NCBI GenBank assembly: GCA_951406725.2
Contig: OX597819.1
Coordinates: 111,414,001-111,478,000, forward strand
Length of the DNA stretch: 64,000 nucleotides
Direction: 5' to 3'
Source of the DNA: Octopus vulgaris
Taxonomy: Eukaryota
Shown: positions 26,413-40,219 of the stretch, piece after piece
How the letters are laid out: the number at the start of each line of letters is the position of its first letter
Numbering within the stretch: the stretch's first letter is position 1
Notes under the pieces: model-generated
What the model saw: the letters and a program-made list of their open reading frames with translations, nothing else
Told to the model about the DNA's origin: nothing
Database searches by the model: none
Translations under genes and position numbers: made by a program

Positions 26413-26786
26413 GCGTGCGCACAATCATTGCTGCTTTATGTACGCAACGCAGGGGTTTAGAAATTGCCAACTTTCTAAATGCTGCATTATGTTTTGTACA
26501 CAAAGTTCGAATGTAACTGGAAGCCTTTAGCAAGAATGTTACAGCTATGTCAATGAGAAGAAGACATTCTAAACATTGGGACACCGCATTTCGCCCGACA
26601 GATTCAAAACATTATCGATGATGATCCCACAAAATCAATGAGGGTAATCCCATAGAACTTCAGGTGTCGATGTAGACAATCAGAACTGTGGTGCACGTGA
26701 ATATCCGATAAGACCCTTATGCAGTGATGAGAGGCTGCAAAGACTAAGAGAAATCATTTCACCGATGTCAAGTGGTTACTTAATGT

Positions 26787-27863
26787 TGTGGCGAGAGTCA
26801 TTGGCACCCCTGTGAGATTGAAATAATGGAGTAGCTGAACTCTTATAAAAATAGAGGATTGGCTGAGAAGAGAAAGGAGTTGCAGGAGTTGTTGAAAGTT
26901 CGTGGAAGACGTAGGAATACATTGAGATCATTGAGAGTTGATATTTATTGGAGTATCGTGTTTAGTGGAGTAATTTGAAGTACGTCGTGTGAAGACAGTT
27001 GTATCTATCCCCGCTTCATGAAATCTATATAATCCAACGTATAGAAGGATACAAATGTGGCGACCAGGTGTTTCAATTAGGTTGGGTGTGTTATGGCAGC
27101 ATTATAAAAAGACTCTTGGAATTTGAAGGTTTCCGATTATGGAATTTTAGAGAAAGGATTTTCAACTGTATATGGAAGATAGGCGTAGGAGTGGCTGTGT
27201 GGTAAGTTGCTTGCTTACCAACCACCAGGTTCAGCCCTACTGCGTGGCACCTTGGGCAAGTGTCTTCTACTATAGCCTCAGGCCGACCAAAGCCTTGTGA
27301 GTGGATTTGGTTGACGGAAACTGAAAGAAGCCCGTCATATATATGTATGTGTGTGCATATGTTTGTATGTCTGTGTCTGCTTCCGCAACGTCGCTTGATA
27401 ACCGATGCTGGTGTGTTTACGTCCCCGTAACTTAACGGTTCGGCAAAAGAGATCGATGGAATAAGTATTAGGCTTACAAAGAATAAGTCCTCGGGTCGAT
27501 TTGCTCGACTAAAGGCGGTGCTCCATTATGGCCACAGTCATATGACTGAAACAAGTAAAAGAGTATGTGGTGAACGAAAAAGAAATAATATTAACTTCCA
27601 ACGGAAGTCGATCTCAAGAAGAGATGTGGCGAGAGTCATTGACATGCCTGTGGGATTGGAAGAATTGAGTAGCTGAACACTTATAAAAAGTAGCGTACTG
27701 GTTGAGACGAGAGAGAAGTCGTAGGAGTCGTTGATAGTTCGTGGAAGTCGTAGGAAATCGTTGAGATTGTTGAGAGTTTATTGGAGAAATTTGAAGTACA
27801 TCGTGTGAAGACTGTCTATCACCGCTTCGTGAAATCTGAATATCCAACGTATGGAAGGATACA
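26787..27863 (+). mobile_element. TRIM-like non-autonomous LTR element
   Basis: Direct repeats TGT...ACA at 26787-27053 and 27625-27863, each with tataaaa; PBS-like tggcgacc at 27058; purine tract aagaagaga at 27616-27624. Confidence 0.75.
27180..27563 (+). mobile_element. SINE family A, near full length
   Basis: ggcgtaggagtggctgtgtggtaag...gcaccttgggcaagtg...gactgaaacaagtaaaagag. Confidence 0.92.
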
Positions 27864-29134
27864 AAGCTTAATAAAATGAAAATCTCTCATGACCATACCA
27901 TGCTTTGGTTCTTCTCTAATAAGAAAAATTTACACCAAGACCAAACGTCTAATAGGGAAAGACACAAATTGCTATGTGCATTCCCTTCTGAAGTTCTCAG
28001 AGCGGTGCACACTAATTTTCCATCAAATATGATTAGTATAGGGGGAGGGGTTGATAACGAAGGTCATATCATCCCACATCACGTCTTTCTATAGGGCCAT
28101 AGAACCAATGTTACTGGATACGTTGGGATGCTGGAGACAGTTGTTAAGCTTTGAACGGATGATGTACGTAGTGGAAAGGCACACGCGATTCAACAAGACT
28201 CAGCGCCTTCTCACAAAGCTCATGTAATCCAAGAATGCATGTCAGGTAATATTTATGTCGTGTAACACCAAATTTGTGGCCTCCATACTCACCAACTTGA
28301 CATCCAATGGACTACTACGGTTAGAGCATTATTGAAATAGAGAACTAATCGACTACCTCACAATACCATACTTCAATGAAGACCGCTATTATACAGATAA
28401 TGCTCGAAATCATTACGGACTAATTAATGCAGATATACCAACGGTTTCGGTCCTGCATTGAAGCAGTCATTAAGGATAAAAGTATATACATAGAATAATC
28501 TTATGTAAAACTTATCAAGATTATGGGTACAATTTCTTATCAAAATTGCTTCTTTGAATCACCAAATACACCGCAAATACAGTTTGCACCTGTATACACA
28601 CACGCACGCACACACACACATACACACACACACACACATTTTCGTAAACCGAATTCTATTTCTTGCAACTCAAGTTTTACACCAACAGAAGCTCTACACA
28701 GAATCTAGTTTAAATAAATAATGTACTATACAAAAATTATTGAGTACTTCTCCCTTTGACAAACACCAACATTTGAATGTATGCGTATGTATAAATGCGC
28801 CTATGTGTATGTATTTGTGCGTGTGCGTTGTTTGGTGCACATCTACATTACATGTGTGTACACATTGGGGGGTTAACTCCTGTACATGAGTTACAGAGAT
28901 GCGATATTGTTGAGCAGATGCGTGGGTAGGTAGGTCTAGAGCGGGGAAGTCAAAGAAAATAAATAATGGTATTCAGCTTATTGTTTCTCACATTTCTCAC
29001 AGATCACCCACACAATCTGAGACTAGCAGTCAGATCGAACCACTAAGTTACACACACACATATATATACGTATATGTGTGTGTATATATGTATTCGTGTG
29101 TGGGTGTGTAACGTATGGTATAATTATAAACACA

Positions 29135-29178
29135 GACTGAAATCGATTTTCGAACCTTATTGGGTTCTCAGCAGAGGC
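29135..29178 (-). ncRNA. Variant type I hammerhead motif
   Basis: gcct CTGCTGA gaacc caataa ggttc GAAA atcgat TTC agtc; perfect stem II, palindromic stem III, core A6 replaced by C. Confidence 0.5.
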
Positions 29179-29346
29179 GTCGACACCATCCTGACAGTCT
29201 CCAGAGAAACAAACACCCAAACTGTTTATATACTCAGCAGTTGCTCAATGAATGATTCCCTAGTTTGCATACAGAAATTGTTTCACAGTCTATAAATAAC
29301 AACGGCCTGTCAACGGGGATCTTAGTCCACACGGTATCAAGGTATG

Positions 29347-29432
<86 letters not shown>

Positions 29433-29524
29433 TATACATATATACATATATACCTATATATATACATATATATATATACATATATATACATATATATATA
29501 TACATTTATTTATTGATTTAGATT

Positions 29525-29695
29525 CGACAGGCTTCTTCCAGTTTCCATCTAACAAATCCACTCACAAGGCTTTAGTAGAAGATACTTTAGTTGACCTGAG
29601 GGTATAGTAGAAGACACTTCCTCAAGGTGCAATGTGGTAGGACTGAACCCAGAAACATTGTGACGGGGGAGCGAGCTTCTTACAATATAGCCACG
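29525..29695 (-). mobile_element. SINE family A, 5' half
   Basis: aaatccactcacaaggcttt...ggactgaaccc. Confidence 0.75.
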
Positions 29696-29758
29696 CTTAA
29701 AAAATATTATAACATTTTGTTTCCGTGTATGCATATGTATGTGTGTGTGTGTGCACGC

Positions 29759-29811
<53 letters not shown>

Positions 29812-30323
29812 TGTGTGACCGCGCCCATGTTCTTAGTAATTACAGTTACATTTTGATTATGCTCCATTCTATTTGATACCCTGAATATTTCTAAAATCGG
29901 TTTTAATTGTGTCGCAAATATCAAAATTACCGAATAAAAACCAAACGTTTCGCCTCTATATCCGCTGTCTTTATTTTTTGCTTGGTTCAATCATTGGACT
30001 GCACCCCTTCTGAGGCACCGCCAAGTATACGTATTGAGTACTTTCAATACGATAGTAGTTACTTTTGCTAACGTCAACAAATGTTTATCGGGTTGCACAC
30101 ACACATACACACACACACACATACATATACGCACGCGCACACACACACTCACACTTACACACATATATATATACATTTGTGCATGTTTGTATGATTGTAT
30201 GAATTGAAACACATATAAGGATAATTATACTCGTGTGATTGTTTTGGAGTCTTTTCTGCTGTGAATGGTCTTCTTAATAATTTGATTAAAGTAACTCTCA
30301 CCACACACACACTTGTAAATATA

Positions 30324-30890
30324 TATTTCTTTATTACCCACAAGGGGCTAAACACAGAGGGGACAAACAAGGACAGACAAACGGATTAAGTCGATTATAT
30401 CGACCCCAGCGCGTAACTGAAGGCACATGGCTCAGTGGTTAGAGCGCCGAGCTTACGATCGTGAGGTTGTGAGTTCGATTCTCGGACCGGGCTGCGTGTT
30501 GTGTTCTTGAGCAAAACACTTTATTTCACGTTGCTCCAGAAATGAGTTGCGACGTCACTGGTGTCAAGCTGTATCGGCCCCTTTGCCTTTCCCTTGGAAA
30601 ACACTGGTGGCGTGGAGAGGGGAGGCTGGTATGCATGGGCAACTGCTGGTCTTCTATAAACAATCTTGCCCGGACTTGTGCCTCGGGGGGTAACTTTCTA
30701 GGTGCAATCCCATGGTCATTCATGACCGAAGGGGGTCTCCTCAGTGCGTAACTGGTACTTAATTTATCGACCCCGAAAGGATGAAAGGCAAAGTCGACCT
30801 CGGCGGAATTTGAACTCAGAACGTAACGGCAGGCGAAATACGGCTACGCATTTCGCCTGGCGTGCTAACGTTTCTGCCAGCTCGTCGCCT
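30324..30890 (-). mobile_element. SINE family B (tail 1) split by a family C SINE
   Basis: Tail at 30324-30419; body and head at 30739-30890. Confidence 0.9.
30421..30738 (+). mobile_element. SINE family C (tRNA head) with TSD of about 16 bp
   Basis: tggctcagtgg A box, gagttcgattc B box; TSD ccccagcgcgtaactg (30404-30419) / cctcagtgcgtaactg (30739-30754). Confidence 0.9.
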
Positions 30891-31347
30891 ATTACACTTG
30901 TAAATATAACGCGATCTTCGTATTGCACATACACACAGACAAACATAAACAGACACGCGTATACCCAGACAGATAGGGGAGAGAGATAGAGGAGAGAGCG
31001 AGGGCGACAAAGAGAGACAGAGAGAGAGACGAAGACAGATTTGGGTGAGAGCTTAGTTGATTATTTCTATACATATGCTCGCGCGCGCATGTGTGTCTAT
31101 GTATTTCATGCGTTACAAGATGTAACCGTGAGTCTCTATGGCTGGCCTCAGCGTATCTGTGGACTGGCTTCCTGTTGACACGCCTGGAGATGTAATGAGT
31201 GTTAGTAAACAAACGCAGGCGGGTAAGAAAAACACACCCACGCACAATTACTCTTTACAGTCCCCACCCACGCTTACCTGCTGTTACATATAGATACCTA
31301 CACGTAAGTATATACATAATATACGTACCCAAATACCAATACATAAG

Positions 31348-31413
<66 letters not shown>

Positions 31414-31481
31414 TATTCATATATATTTATATATATATAAATATATATATATATACGTTTATATATACACATATATATATA

Positions 31482-31601
<120 letters not shown>

Positions 31602-31625
31602 AAAAATACAAAATGGGACAAGAAC

Positions 31626-31673
<48 letters not shown>

Positions 31674-31811
31674 GCACACAGAAATACTTACGCAACCATT
31701 CACAAACACGTGTGATAAAACCCAGAACACATGAATACATAAACAGATCTCACCACACACTCACATGCACATACACAAACACGCACATATACACATACAC
31801 ACACACACACA

Positions 31812-31864
<53 letters not shown>

Positions 31865-32262
31865 CGATGTATGGCGACAATAATAATACGAAAGAGAGAG
31901 AGTGAGAGGAGGATAATGGTGGGGGCTCATAACTGCGACCACACACATGCAAACTTACACAAGCGGTTTAGCTGTACTCGCAGTAATAAGCAGACGCACA
32001 CGTGTGTAGCTAGATGCTCAAATACATTGTGATGCCCAATCCATTCATAGAGTCTAAAAGACTGACAGATATTGATATACAAACACACACACACACAAAC
32101 GCAAACACACACATACATATATGCACGCCCACACACAGCTGGTGAGCTATGTTCAAGGAAATTAACAGACGGTTCATGGCATTGCTGAAGTCATTAACAG
32201 GTTGTGAGTTCTAATCCAGTACGGACTTTCCCGTGTAATGCATTTTTTCTGGTCGTATAATG

Positions 32263-32520
32263 AGGACGCGTGGCCTGGTAGTTAAGATGATGCAGTCACC
32301 ATCGCGAGATCGTGGTTTCTATACCTAGAATGGGCGGTACATTGTGTTCTTGAGCAAGACACTTCAACTCACGTTGCACTGCGATCACTTCGACCCCTGA
32401 CGTGAGGTAGTGTACACCGTGTACCTGTTCAGGAAATATCGATTTGATAGCAGGAGAGAGCTAATGTAGAGCACATACATTTGATCACTATAAACAAATC
32501 ATTTGTGCAGGTCGTTCGGC
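32263..32520 (+). mobile_element. SINE family E
   Basis: Homologous to 8818-9070; gtgttcttgagcaagacactt body. Confidence 0.7.
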
Positions 32521-32564
32521 GGGAGAGAGAGACCATCATACATACATACATACATACATATATA

Positions 32565-32781
32565 TTTCTTTACTACCCACAAGGGGCTAAACACGGAGGG
32601 GACAAACAAGGACAGACAAAGGGATTAAATCGACTACATCGACCCCAGAGCGTAACTGGTACTTAATTTATCGACCCCGAAAGGATGAAAGGCAAAGTCG
32701 ACCTCGGCAGAATTTGAACTCGGAACGTAACGACAGACGAATTTTGCCCGGCGTGGTAACGTTTCTACCAGCTCGCCGCCT
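32565..32781 (-). mobile_element. SINE family B, tail type 1
   Basis: tttctttactacccacaagggg...cagctcgccgcc. Confidence 0.9.
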
Positions 32782-32812
32782 TAGTACATACATATATAGT
32801 ACATACATATAA

Positions 32813-32849
<37 letters not shown>

Positions 32850-32991
32850 CGTAAATGTCGGACGATGAAAATGTGTGCTCAACACCGCGTTGGTGGATAT
32901 AATTTCTTTATTTCTGAATTAAGGCTACGATTGGGTTTATGTTAAGAAAATTAAGAAAACCCAATGGGGTAGCGCGCCATCTTAGAAAATA

Positions 32992-33770
32992 TTGGGCTGT
33001 TCGGAAAGTTCGTGCCGATTTATAGTAGCTTATCTTTCAACATATTTTAGAATATGGTTGAGTCCATAAAATAGGATTTGATTACACCTCCATTTAGAGC
33101 ACAGTTTAAGCTATCTTTTCGTGGAAGAAGGTTTATGTTCCTATAACTTGTGTTAATTCTGTAACCCTTTAAAGTGGAAGATAAAGTTCATTTTCGGCAC
33201 TTGATGCTTTTCTTTTTCCGTAAAGGGAAAAATGCTTCACAAGCAACCAAAGAAATGTGCGCAGTTTACGGTGATGTTTCTTTATCCGAAAGAACTGTAC
33301 GGAAGTGGTTCGCAAGGTTTCGAGCTGGAGATTATAGCCTTATTGATAAAGAGCGATTAGGCAGACCATCTGCTACAGATGATGACCAAATTAAGTCATT
33401 AATTGAGAATATCCCATATTGCACAACCCGAGAATTGGCAGAAAGCCTCAACCTATTAAAATCCGTCGTTCATGAGCACCTGGTAAAGCTTGGGTACACA
33501 AATCGCTACAATATTTGGGTACCACATGAGTTGAGTGAGAAGAGCCTTTTGGATCGCATTTCCATCTGTGATTCGCTTTATAAACGGAATGAAAATGCAC
33601 CTTTTTTAAAGCAAATTGTGACGTGTGATGAGAAATGGCTTTACCGAAATGTTCGGAGAAAGCGATCCTGGAATAAGCGATATGAGCCACCCTTAGCCAC
33701 CCGAAAAGCGGATATTCACCCTAAAAAGTATTGCTTTGTGTCTGGTGGGATTGGAAAGGAATTCTGTACT
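32992..33770 (+). mobile_element. 3'-truncated mariner element
   Basis: TA followed by TIR-like ttgggctgttcggaaagttcgtgccgattt, then transposase. Confidence 0.88.
33174..33770 (+). pseudogene. mariner transposase, N-terminal half
   Basis: HFRHLMLFFF..KWFARF..GRPS..WVPHEL..IVTCDEKW; frameshift near 33728 to LLCVWWDWKGILY, then truncated. Confidence 0.93.
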
Positions 33771-33794
33771 GACTCGATCTTGGGTAAATATTTC

Positions 33795-34226
33795 GTACTT
33801 CGGTGTGAAATAATTTTTTCCACAAGTTTTTTCGAATGCATTTAACACAGCTCACCTCCAAACCCACTGCAAGCAACTTTCTTCCAAGAAAGAAAGATGG
33901 GGGCAGGCGATTTTGGGGACCTCGAAGTTTCCCGAGAAACTCTGAGTTTCTTAACAACGGAGTTTTCTTTCATGTGTTTTTTGCATGCTTTCAGCGAATG
34001 CGACATCGAAATCACGCGCAAACGGCTCCTTTCTCTAGAAAAGGAAAAAATTGGAAGCTATTTCTTGCACACCCTGCTATCACCTAACAGCTATTTTGTG
34101 TCCTTTATCGCAAATAGCTGTTACATAGTAGCAGGGCATGCTAAAAATAGCAGCTAAATTTTTGCAGGTGAGATACGTTGAATACATTCGAAAACCCTAT
34201 GGAAAAATTATTTCACACCGAAGTTA
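33795..34226. repeat. Inverted-repeat element (about 50 bp arms) that truncates the mariner
   Basis: acttcggtgtgaaataattttttcca / tggaaaaattatttcacaccgaagt. Confidence 0.75.
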
Positions 34227-34834
34227 TGAACGAGTCTTTTACGAAATATTTAAGATATTTTTAAAGCCATTTTCACTTTAAAATATTTTTAAATATGCCA
34301 AAAATCATATAAAAATAATTTTGAAAGAGATTAAATTATTGTCTGTTTAAAGAAAGCTAAAATATAAATACTTACTCTACAAACAACTTACATTTTTGAA
34401 ATCACATTCGCTTAACAAAATTTCTAAATGATTAGAATATTGTGCTTAACAAAAGCGACGATAGAAACATTTACTATAAAAAACAATTCGTATTTTTTCG
34501 TCACTTATACTTTCACCCATCATAATGTATCGAATCGAAATGTTAGAGCTTCTTCCTTTTCAGGGTTAAGTTATTTTCGGAATATTTTCCCATTATGCAA
34601 CATTTTGAGTATTTATACCCCCAAAACCCCCGCTATATCAAGAACTAGTTGTCTTATTTACGTGAAACTTTTTTTATTCTGCTTGTATTCACCTTTCAGG
34701 AAGACCTTAATTCAAAGTATTTTCCCATTATGCGCTAGTTTGGCTGTGTAACATTGCAAGCAAGCAAGATTGAAGTTCATTTTAAATATAATATAATATA
34801 ATATAATATAATATAAAATAATATAATATATATA

Positions 34835-35860
34835 CAGGGGCCACAAGTTTGTTGAAGGCAACTATTTCAAGAGCTAAAACTTTCTTCTAACTCAATTTGT
34901 TTAGCTTTACTCTTCAGATAAACAGTGTCAGACATTAGATTGACCTGGCAAATGAAAAGGCACGCTGTAATCGTTGCTCTAAAAGTGCAGCATAGTGATA
35001 CAGAAATAGTTCGCTTCCTGAAAGTTGCTCGATCCTTTGTTGTCAAATTTAGAAAGGAGTTGGAAACTGCTGACGGATGCCCAAATTCAGCAGCTAAATG
35101 CAAAACGCACAAAAGACCTCACAGTTTCAGAAAGCTGTGCATGAGAAAATCCTGTACAAATCGGATATGATGGAGGATGGGTGGGTCAATTTATACCGGA
35201 TGTGACAAGAGAGAATCGTTTGATCCGTGCAAAGCGCTTGCTTAACAAGTTAAATCACCAAGAGGCTGAAATGTGTTGGTTTTCTCCAGTAAGAAAAACT
35301 TTGACCAGAAGCAAAAGGTAAATCGAAGGAACAACAGATTATGATGCAGAGACCTGAATGAGATTCCGACGGTCATGCATACTTAGTTCCCAACAACTGT
35401 GATGCTTCTAGGAATCGTCAGCAACGAGGAAGTTGTCGTGCCTCCTCACTTCACAGGGCTCAAGAGTCAATGCCTCTGTCTACATAGGTGTGATAGGAAG
35501 TCGTGAGGCCCTGGATAGACAGATTTCGCACGGAAGACCATACGCCTTCAAACAAGACTCTGCGCCGTCTCATAAGGCTAGGACAACCCAAGCTTCAACG
35601 TGTGCCAATCTCCATGATCATGTCTTCTCTTACATATGGTCTCCTAGCTCACCAGACCTCAATCCACTAGCCTGCTACGTATGGAATGGAGTATAATGGA
35701 GGGAGAAAGGAATGAACACCCCATTACACTATACAATTTCTCGAATCCGCCATATTCAGCGTTGTGTCCAAAATTGATAAAAATCATCTGATTTGTACAT
35801 GTCCACGCTTCCGATCCCGTGATGAAGCAGCCATTGATACTAATGATGGATTAATCAAAC
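34835..35860 (+). mobile_element. Decayed maT/DD37D-like transposon
   Basis: TA-cagggg start; MKRHAVIVAL..EIVRFLKV; KNFDQ..VNRRNNR; FKQDSAPSHKARTTQ; WSPSSPDLNPL. Confidence 0.85.
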
Positions 35861-36209
35861 AGGGATGATAAAAGTATTCTCATGATCATTTGTAATAGTG
35901 TTTTCAAATATAGCTTTTCTTTGATGAGCTACGCATCTTTTTCTAAATTCATACAAATGACATAAAAAACTGACACATTGTACATGTGTGCATGTGTGTG
36001 AGTTTGTGTGTATATATGGATATAGACAGATAGATACGATTATATTAACATACACATTCACACAGACACAGGTTTAGAGACACCTGTTCGATTATATTCG
36101 CACACACACGGGCACTCATACACATACTCACATGTACGATTAATATTCATATATGCATCAACATATACCACGCATACTGGTAAATATACCCCACCATAAA
36201 CACACGCAT

Positions 36210-36282
<73 letters not shown>

Positions 36283-36789
36283 CACACACATACACACACA
36301 CGTGTGAACTATATTCACAAGGCATATTAACATGTACATGCATACATGCACATATACACACATTAGGCCGACCATTCTCAAGCTTATTACTGACCACAGA
36401 TCTGCTTGAAATTGTGGTAGGTTGGACGCATCACGTGACCGACATAAATTAACGTGCATCCAAGATGGCGATACAAATAGCAAGGTGACTTCCATTTTAT
36501 TTCGGCCAACACTCTGTGCAGCGATGCGACAAGTTCAAATCTAGGAGCAATTCATCATTGTTATGTGCTTCCCTCATGCATAAAACGTTTTAGAGTTTGC
36601 CTTCACTAAAAAGACCTTTTGGCAATTCTGCCATATTGGTATTGCCGTTGAGCGGACCATGGCTCCATCTATCGGTTTAGTTTCCTTTCATTTCTTCCTT
36701 TCGATATTACTCTTTCTTTCCCTGCAGTCTCTCTGTCATTCACTCTCTTCTGACTTCCCCTCTCTGTCTCTCTGTCTATCTATCTATCC

Positions 36790-36856
<67 letters not shown>

Positions 36857-37486
36857 GCTTTCTTGCTCGTTCGCACAGGCGTTTCTATCTTACTCTCAAT
36901 CTTTCCGATTTCGTTGTCTTCCCTCTCTGTTACCTTCATGTTTACTCTCTTTTTCTTTCTCTTTCAATTTCTCCTCTCTTTCTCTTCCTCTTTTTTCTCT
37001 CACTTTCTTTCTCTTTATCTATCTCTCTATTTATCAATCTATCAGCTCTTTCTGTTTGATTTATCTATCCCTAATTTTCTCTCGCCTTCTACAATCTTGA
37101 GCGCACACACACGCACACACACGTACCCACATACACACAAACACACACATACACACAAATATGTAAACAGACACTGAGGATGATTCTCTCTTATATTTCT
37201 TTCCTTTCTATCTCCCTGTCTTCATATATTCACTCTACTCTCTTCCTCTCTCTTTTTCTCTCTCTCTCAATTCCTCTACCCGCCTTATTTAGCTTTTTCT
37301 TCTCTCTTCCTCTCTTTTCCTTACTCTTACCGACACTATTTCCTCTATCACAATCATATAGTCTGAGTCAATCTACGTAGGCTGCCCACATCTGTTTGCT
37401 AACCAGGGATAAATTGCGTAAAGGGAGAGGCAAAATGATAATCATGCAGTCAGAGAGACCGACAGATACACTGGTAAATGGAAAAA

Positions 37487-37581
<95 letters not shown>

Positions 37582-37970
37582 GATGTACATATTCAGGTAT
37601 TCATATACTGTTAAAGAGTGAGAAAAACGGAAAAAAGAGAAAAGAGAAAGACAGAGAGAGGGAGGGAGAGAAGTGGGATGTGGTTTCACAGTAAAACAGT
37701 CACCGAAATTGGTAGAAGTAGACAAACGTAATCGAGAAAGAGAAACAAATATAAACGAAATACAAGAGATATTTAGGGAGGCAAAATGGACAGACAGACA
37801 GACAGACACAGTCAAATGAAGGAGAATATCTTTTCATTGGTCTGTTTGAGGAAAAAACACAGATATAAAGAGAAAAGGTAACAGACACACAGAAAAGAGA
37901 ATCAGAGTGAAGTATAATTGCATGTATACATACATACATACATACATACATACATACATACATACATACA

Positions 37971-38002
<32 letters not shown>

Positions 38003-38537
38003 AAGTGAGACAAACATAAGCTAGAAGCAGAAAGATAGAGGAAGAGAAATAATGAAAGGGGGAGAGACATAGCATGACAGAACAAAAGACTATGAGAGAA
38101 AAGAGGGAGAGACAGAAAAGTGGGTGACAGAGAGCGAGACTAAAGTGGGAATGAAAGAGAGCGGGGTTGTGGTGAAATCGGGAAATGAGATAGAGAGAGA
38201 ATGTATAGAGGAGTAATACATTGCTACGTTATACATACTGAAGTGTGAGGTGGAGAAGACATTCCACTTGTTTGTGTATCCTGCCGTTGAAACCATAGAT
38301 GTAACCATGATCTGATGAGCCAGCCTTCTATACCTGCATTCGTTTGTAAAATGTGCAATGGTTCTATGCAATTTATAACATGCTCACTAGTGCAGAGATC
38401 TAAAATAATTTATTGTAGTGTATAATTCACATGACGTTGGCTGCGAAGCGATCGTAATCTTATGAATATCAACTAGTGAAATAAATACGCTAATTTGACA
38501 CCGCCTGACTTTTTTTAATATTCTATATACTCATTAT

Positions 38538-38878
38538 AAGACTTTTACGGATTCCATGGACAGCGAGGCTCACCAATGGAGAAGTTCTTAAGCAGATCAG
38601 GCCGAAAGTATCGCTAGAAGCTAGGATCACCAAGCATAGATTGGCATATTTAGGTCATATTATGCGGAGAAAATCCCTGGAGAAAGACATCATGCTCGGA
38701 ATGGTCAGTGGCAAGAGAGAAAGAGGCCGACTAAGAACCCGCTGGCTTGACACCATCAAGAGTAATACCGGAATAGACATAGCCAATCTGAAAGAAGCTG
38801 CCCAGGATAGAACTGACTGGAGGACACTGATCCAACGAGTAACCGAGAGTTGACTTCGACTTAGCGGATGAGAGAGAG
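38538..38878 (+). mobile_element. RTE/BovB-like LINE 3' fragment with 11 bp TSD
   Basis: RLLRIPWTARLTN..YLGHIMRR.SLEKDIMLGMVSGKRERGR.RTRWLDTI..WRTLIQRVTES; TSD atactcattat at 38527-38537 and 38879-38889. Confidence 0.93.
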
Positions 38879-39039
38879 ATACTCATTATCAAATAATCAC
38901 TGATTAGATTTGCTGGATTTAAACTGCATAGGACTCTATATAATACTTCAAACAAATGTGTTTACCATGTGGTTTGTAGCCTGGTACTATAGCAGCATTT
39001 TTGAAATTACCATGGATTATATGTGTGTGTGTACGTACG

Positions 39040-39897
39040 TGGTCTGACCAATATATGTGGTCTGTTTAATAAGTATCCAGGCTGTTGTCATAGAAACAAA
39101 GCTAAAGCACGCAGAGTTAAGCCGCTTGGTACAGATTCACCTTGAACTCTGCTGTGCATACGTACTATGTTTTAACGTTCTAGCTCACTTCCGCTGTTTA
39201 CAGCAGTGCTTGGAAGTAACGTGTGTCGTATTGACCATGATAGAGAAAGCTGAGCTGAAAATTTGCGTCAAATTTTGCCAAAAGCTTGGTGATACACGCT
39301 CAGAGGCCTACGCAAAGTTTTGAAAAGGTTTCATCGTTCGCGACACAATCTCGTGCAACTGAAATCCGAATGTCTTCTTGGTCAGTTGAAAGCAGTTTGG
39401 GCTCAAATTTGGCAGACATAAGTCTCTTACACAAATCTTCAGTGATAATGGACTGGACTGAACCGTAATTAATCTGCATATCCTCTGATGGCTCACTGAT
39501 GGTGATTCGACGATTTCACCTCACAGCTGCACGCACATCTGCGATGTTTTACTCAGTTCTTCTGGTTGCGGGACTCCTACAACGTTCGTCAATGTCGACA
39601 TTTTTTCAGCCAACTTAGAAACGTCTGAACTACTCGTACACTTGTGTGCGACTCATACACTCCTCTCCATACACTTTCTGTAACTTTATGTAGGCCTCTG
39701 AGTAGGTATCGCCATGACAACTTTCTCTGTCATGGTCAATGCTACAATCACACGTGACACACCATCCTTCCAAGCACTATTGAAGAGAGCGGAAGCAAGC
39801 TAGAACATTAAAGCTTTGTGCGCATGCACAGCAAAGTTCAATGTCAATCTTTATCAAGCGGCTTTACTCTGCCTGCTTTGGCTTCGTTACAGTCCAT
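39040..39897. mobile_element. mariner-derived foldback element built from two 5' ends
   Basis: Arms at 39040-39320 and 39680-39897 are inverted; MIEKAELKICVKFCQKLG on +; KVYGEECMSRTQVYE..NRRITI..SAKFEPKLLS on -. Confidence 0.82.
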
Positions 39898-40187
39898 ATA
39901 TATATATACATTTTTTTTTCGGAGTTAAAGTTCAAATTCGTTTGAGCACTACCACGTGTTTCTATTCTGAGCATATCGAGCTCTCACCTATGTGTGCATG
40001 TGCGTGTACGTATGTTTGTGTATTATGTAGGCATGTGTGCATAAGAGTATGTCCGTACATATTTGCATATGTACAGGTATGTATGTATGTATGTATGTAT
40101 GTATGTATGTATGTATGTATGTATGTATGTATGCATGTGAATGTATGTGTGCTTGTGTATTTGTGTATGAATATATTTATCTGTGTA

Positions 40188-40219
<32 letters not shown>

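Larger units (their letters stand above)
26415..28592 (+). mobile_element. Decayed maT/DD37D-like transposon interrupted by an LTR element
   Basis: RTIIAAL..EIANFL..FVHKVR at 26415; WFFSNKKN, QQDSAPSHKA and LWPPYSP downstream; ends cacctg-TA; homologous to 34835-35860. Confidence 0.75.

Noticed and set aside
33174-33845. Intact or domesticated mariner transposase
   Set aside because: GTG start, frameshift near 33728, and the catalytic C-terminal half is missing.
38239-38333. Possible 95 nt minus-strand exon (tgcag...gtatgt)
   Set aside because: Splice-like signals only, weak pyrimidine tract and no recognisable peptide.
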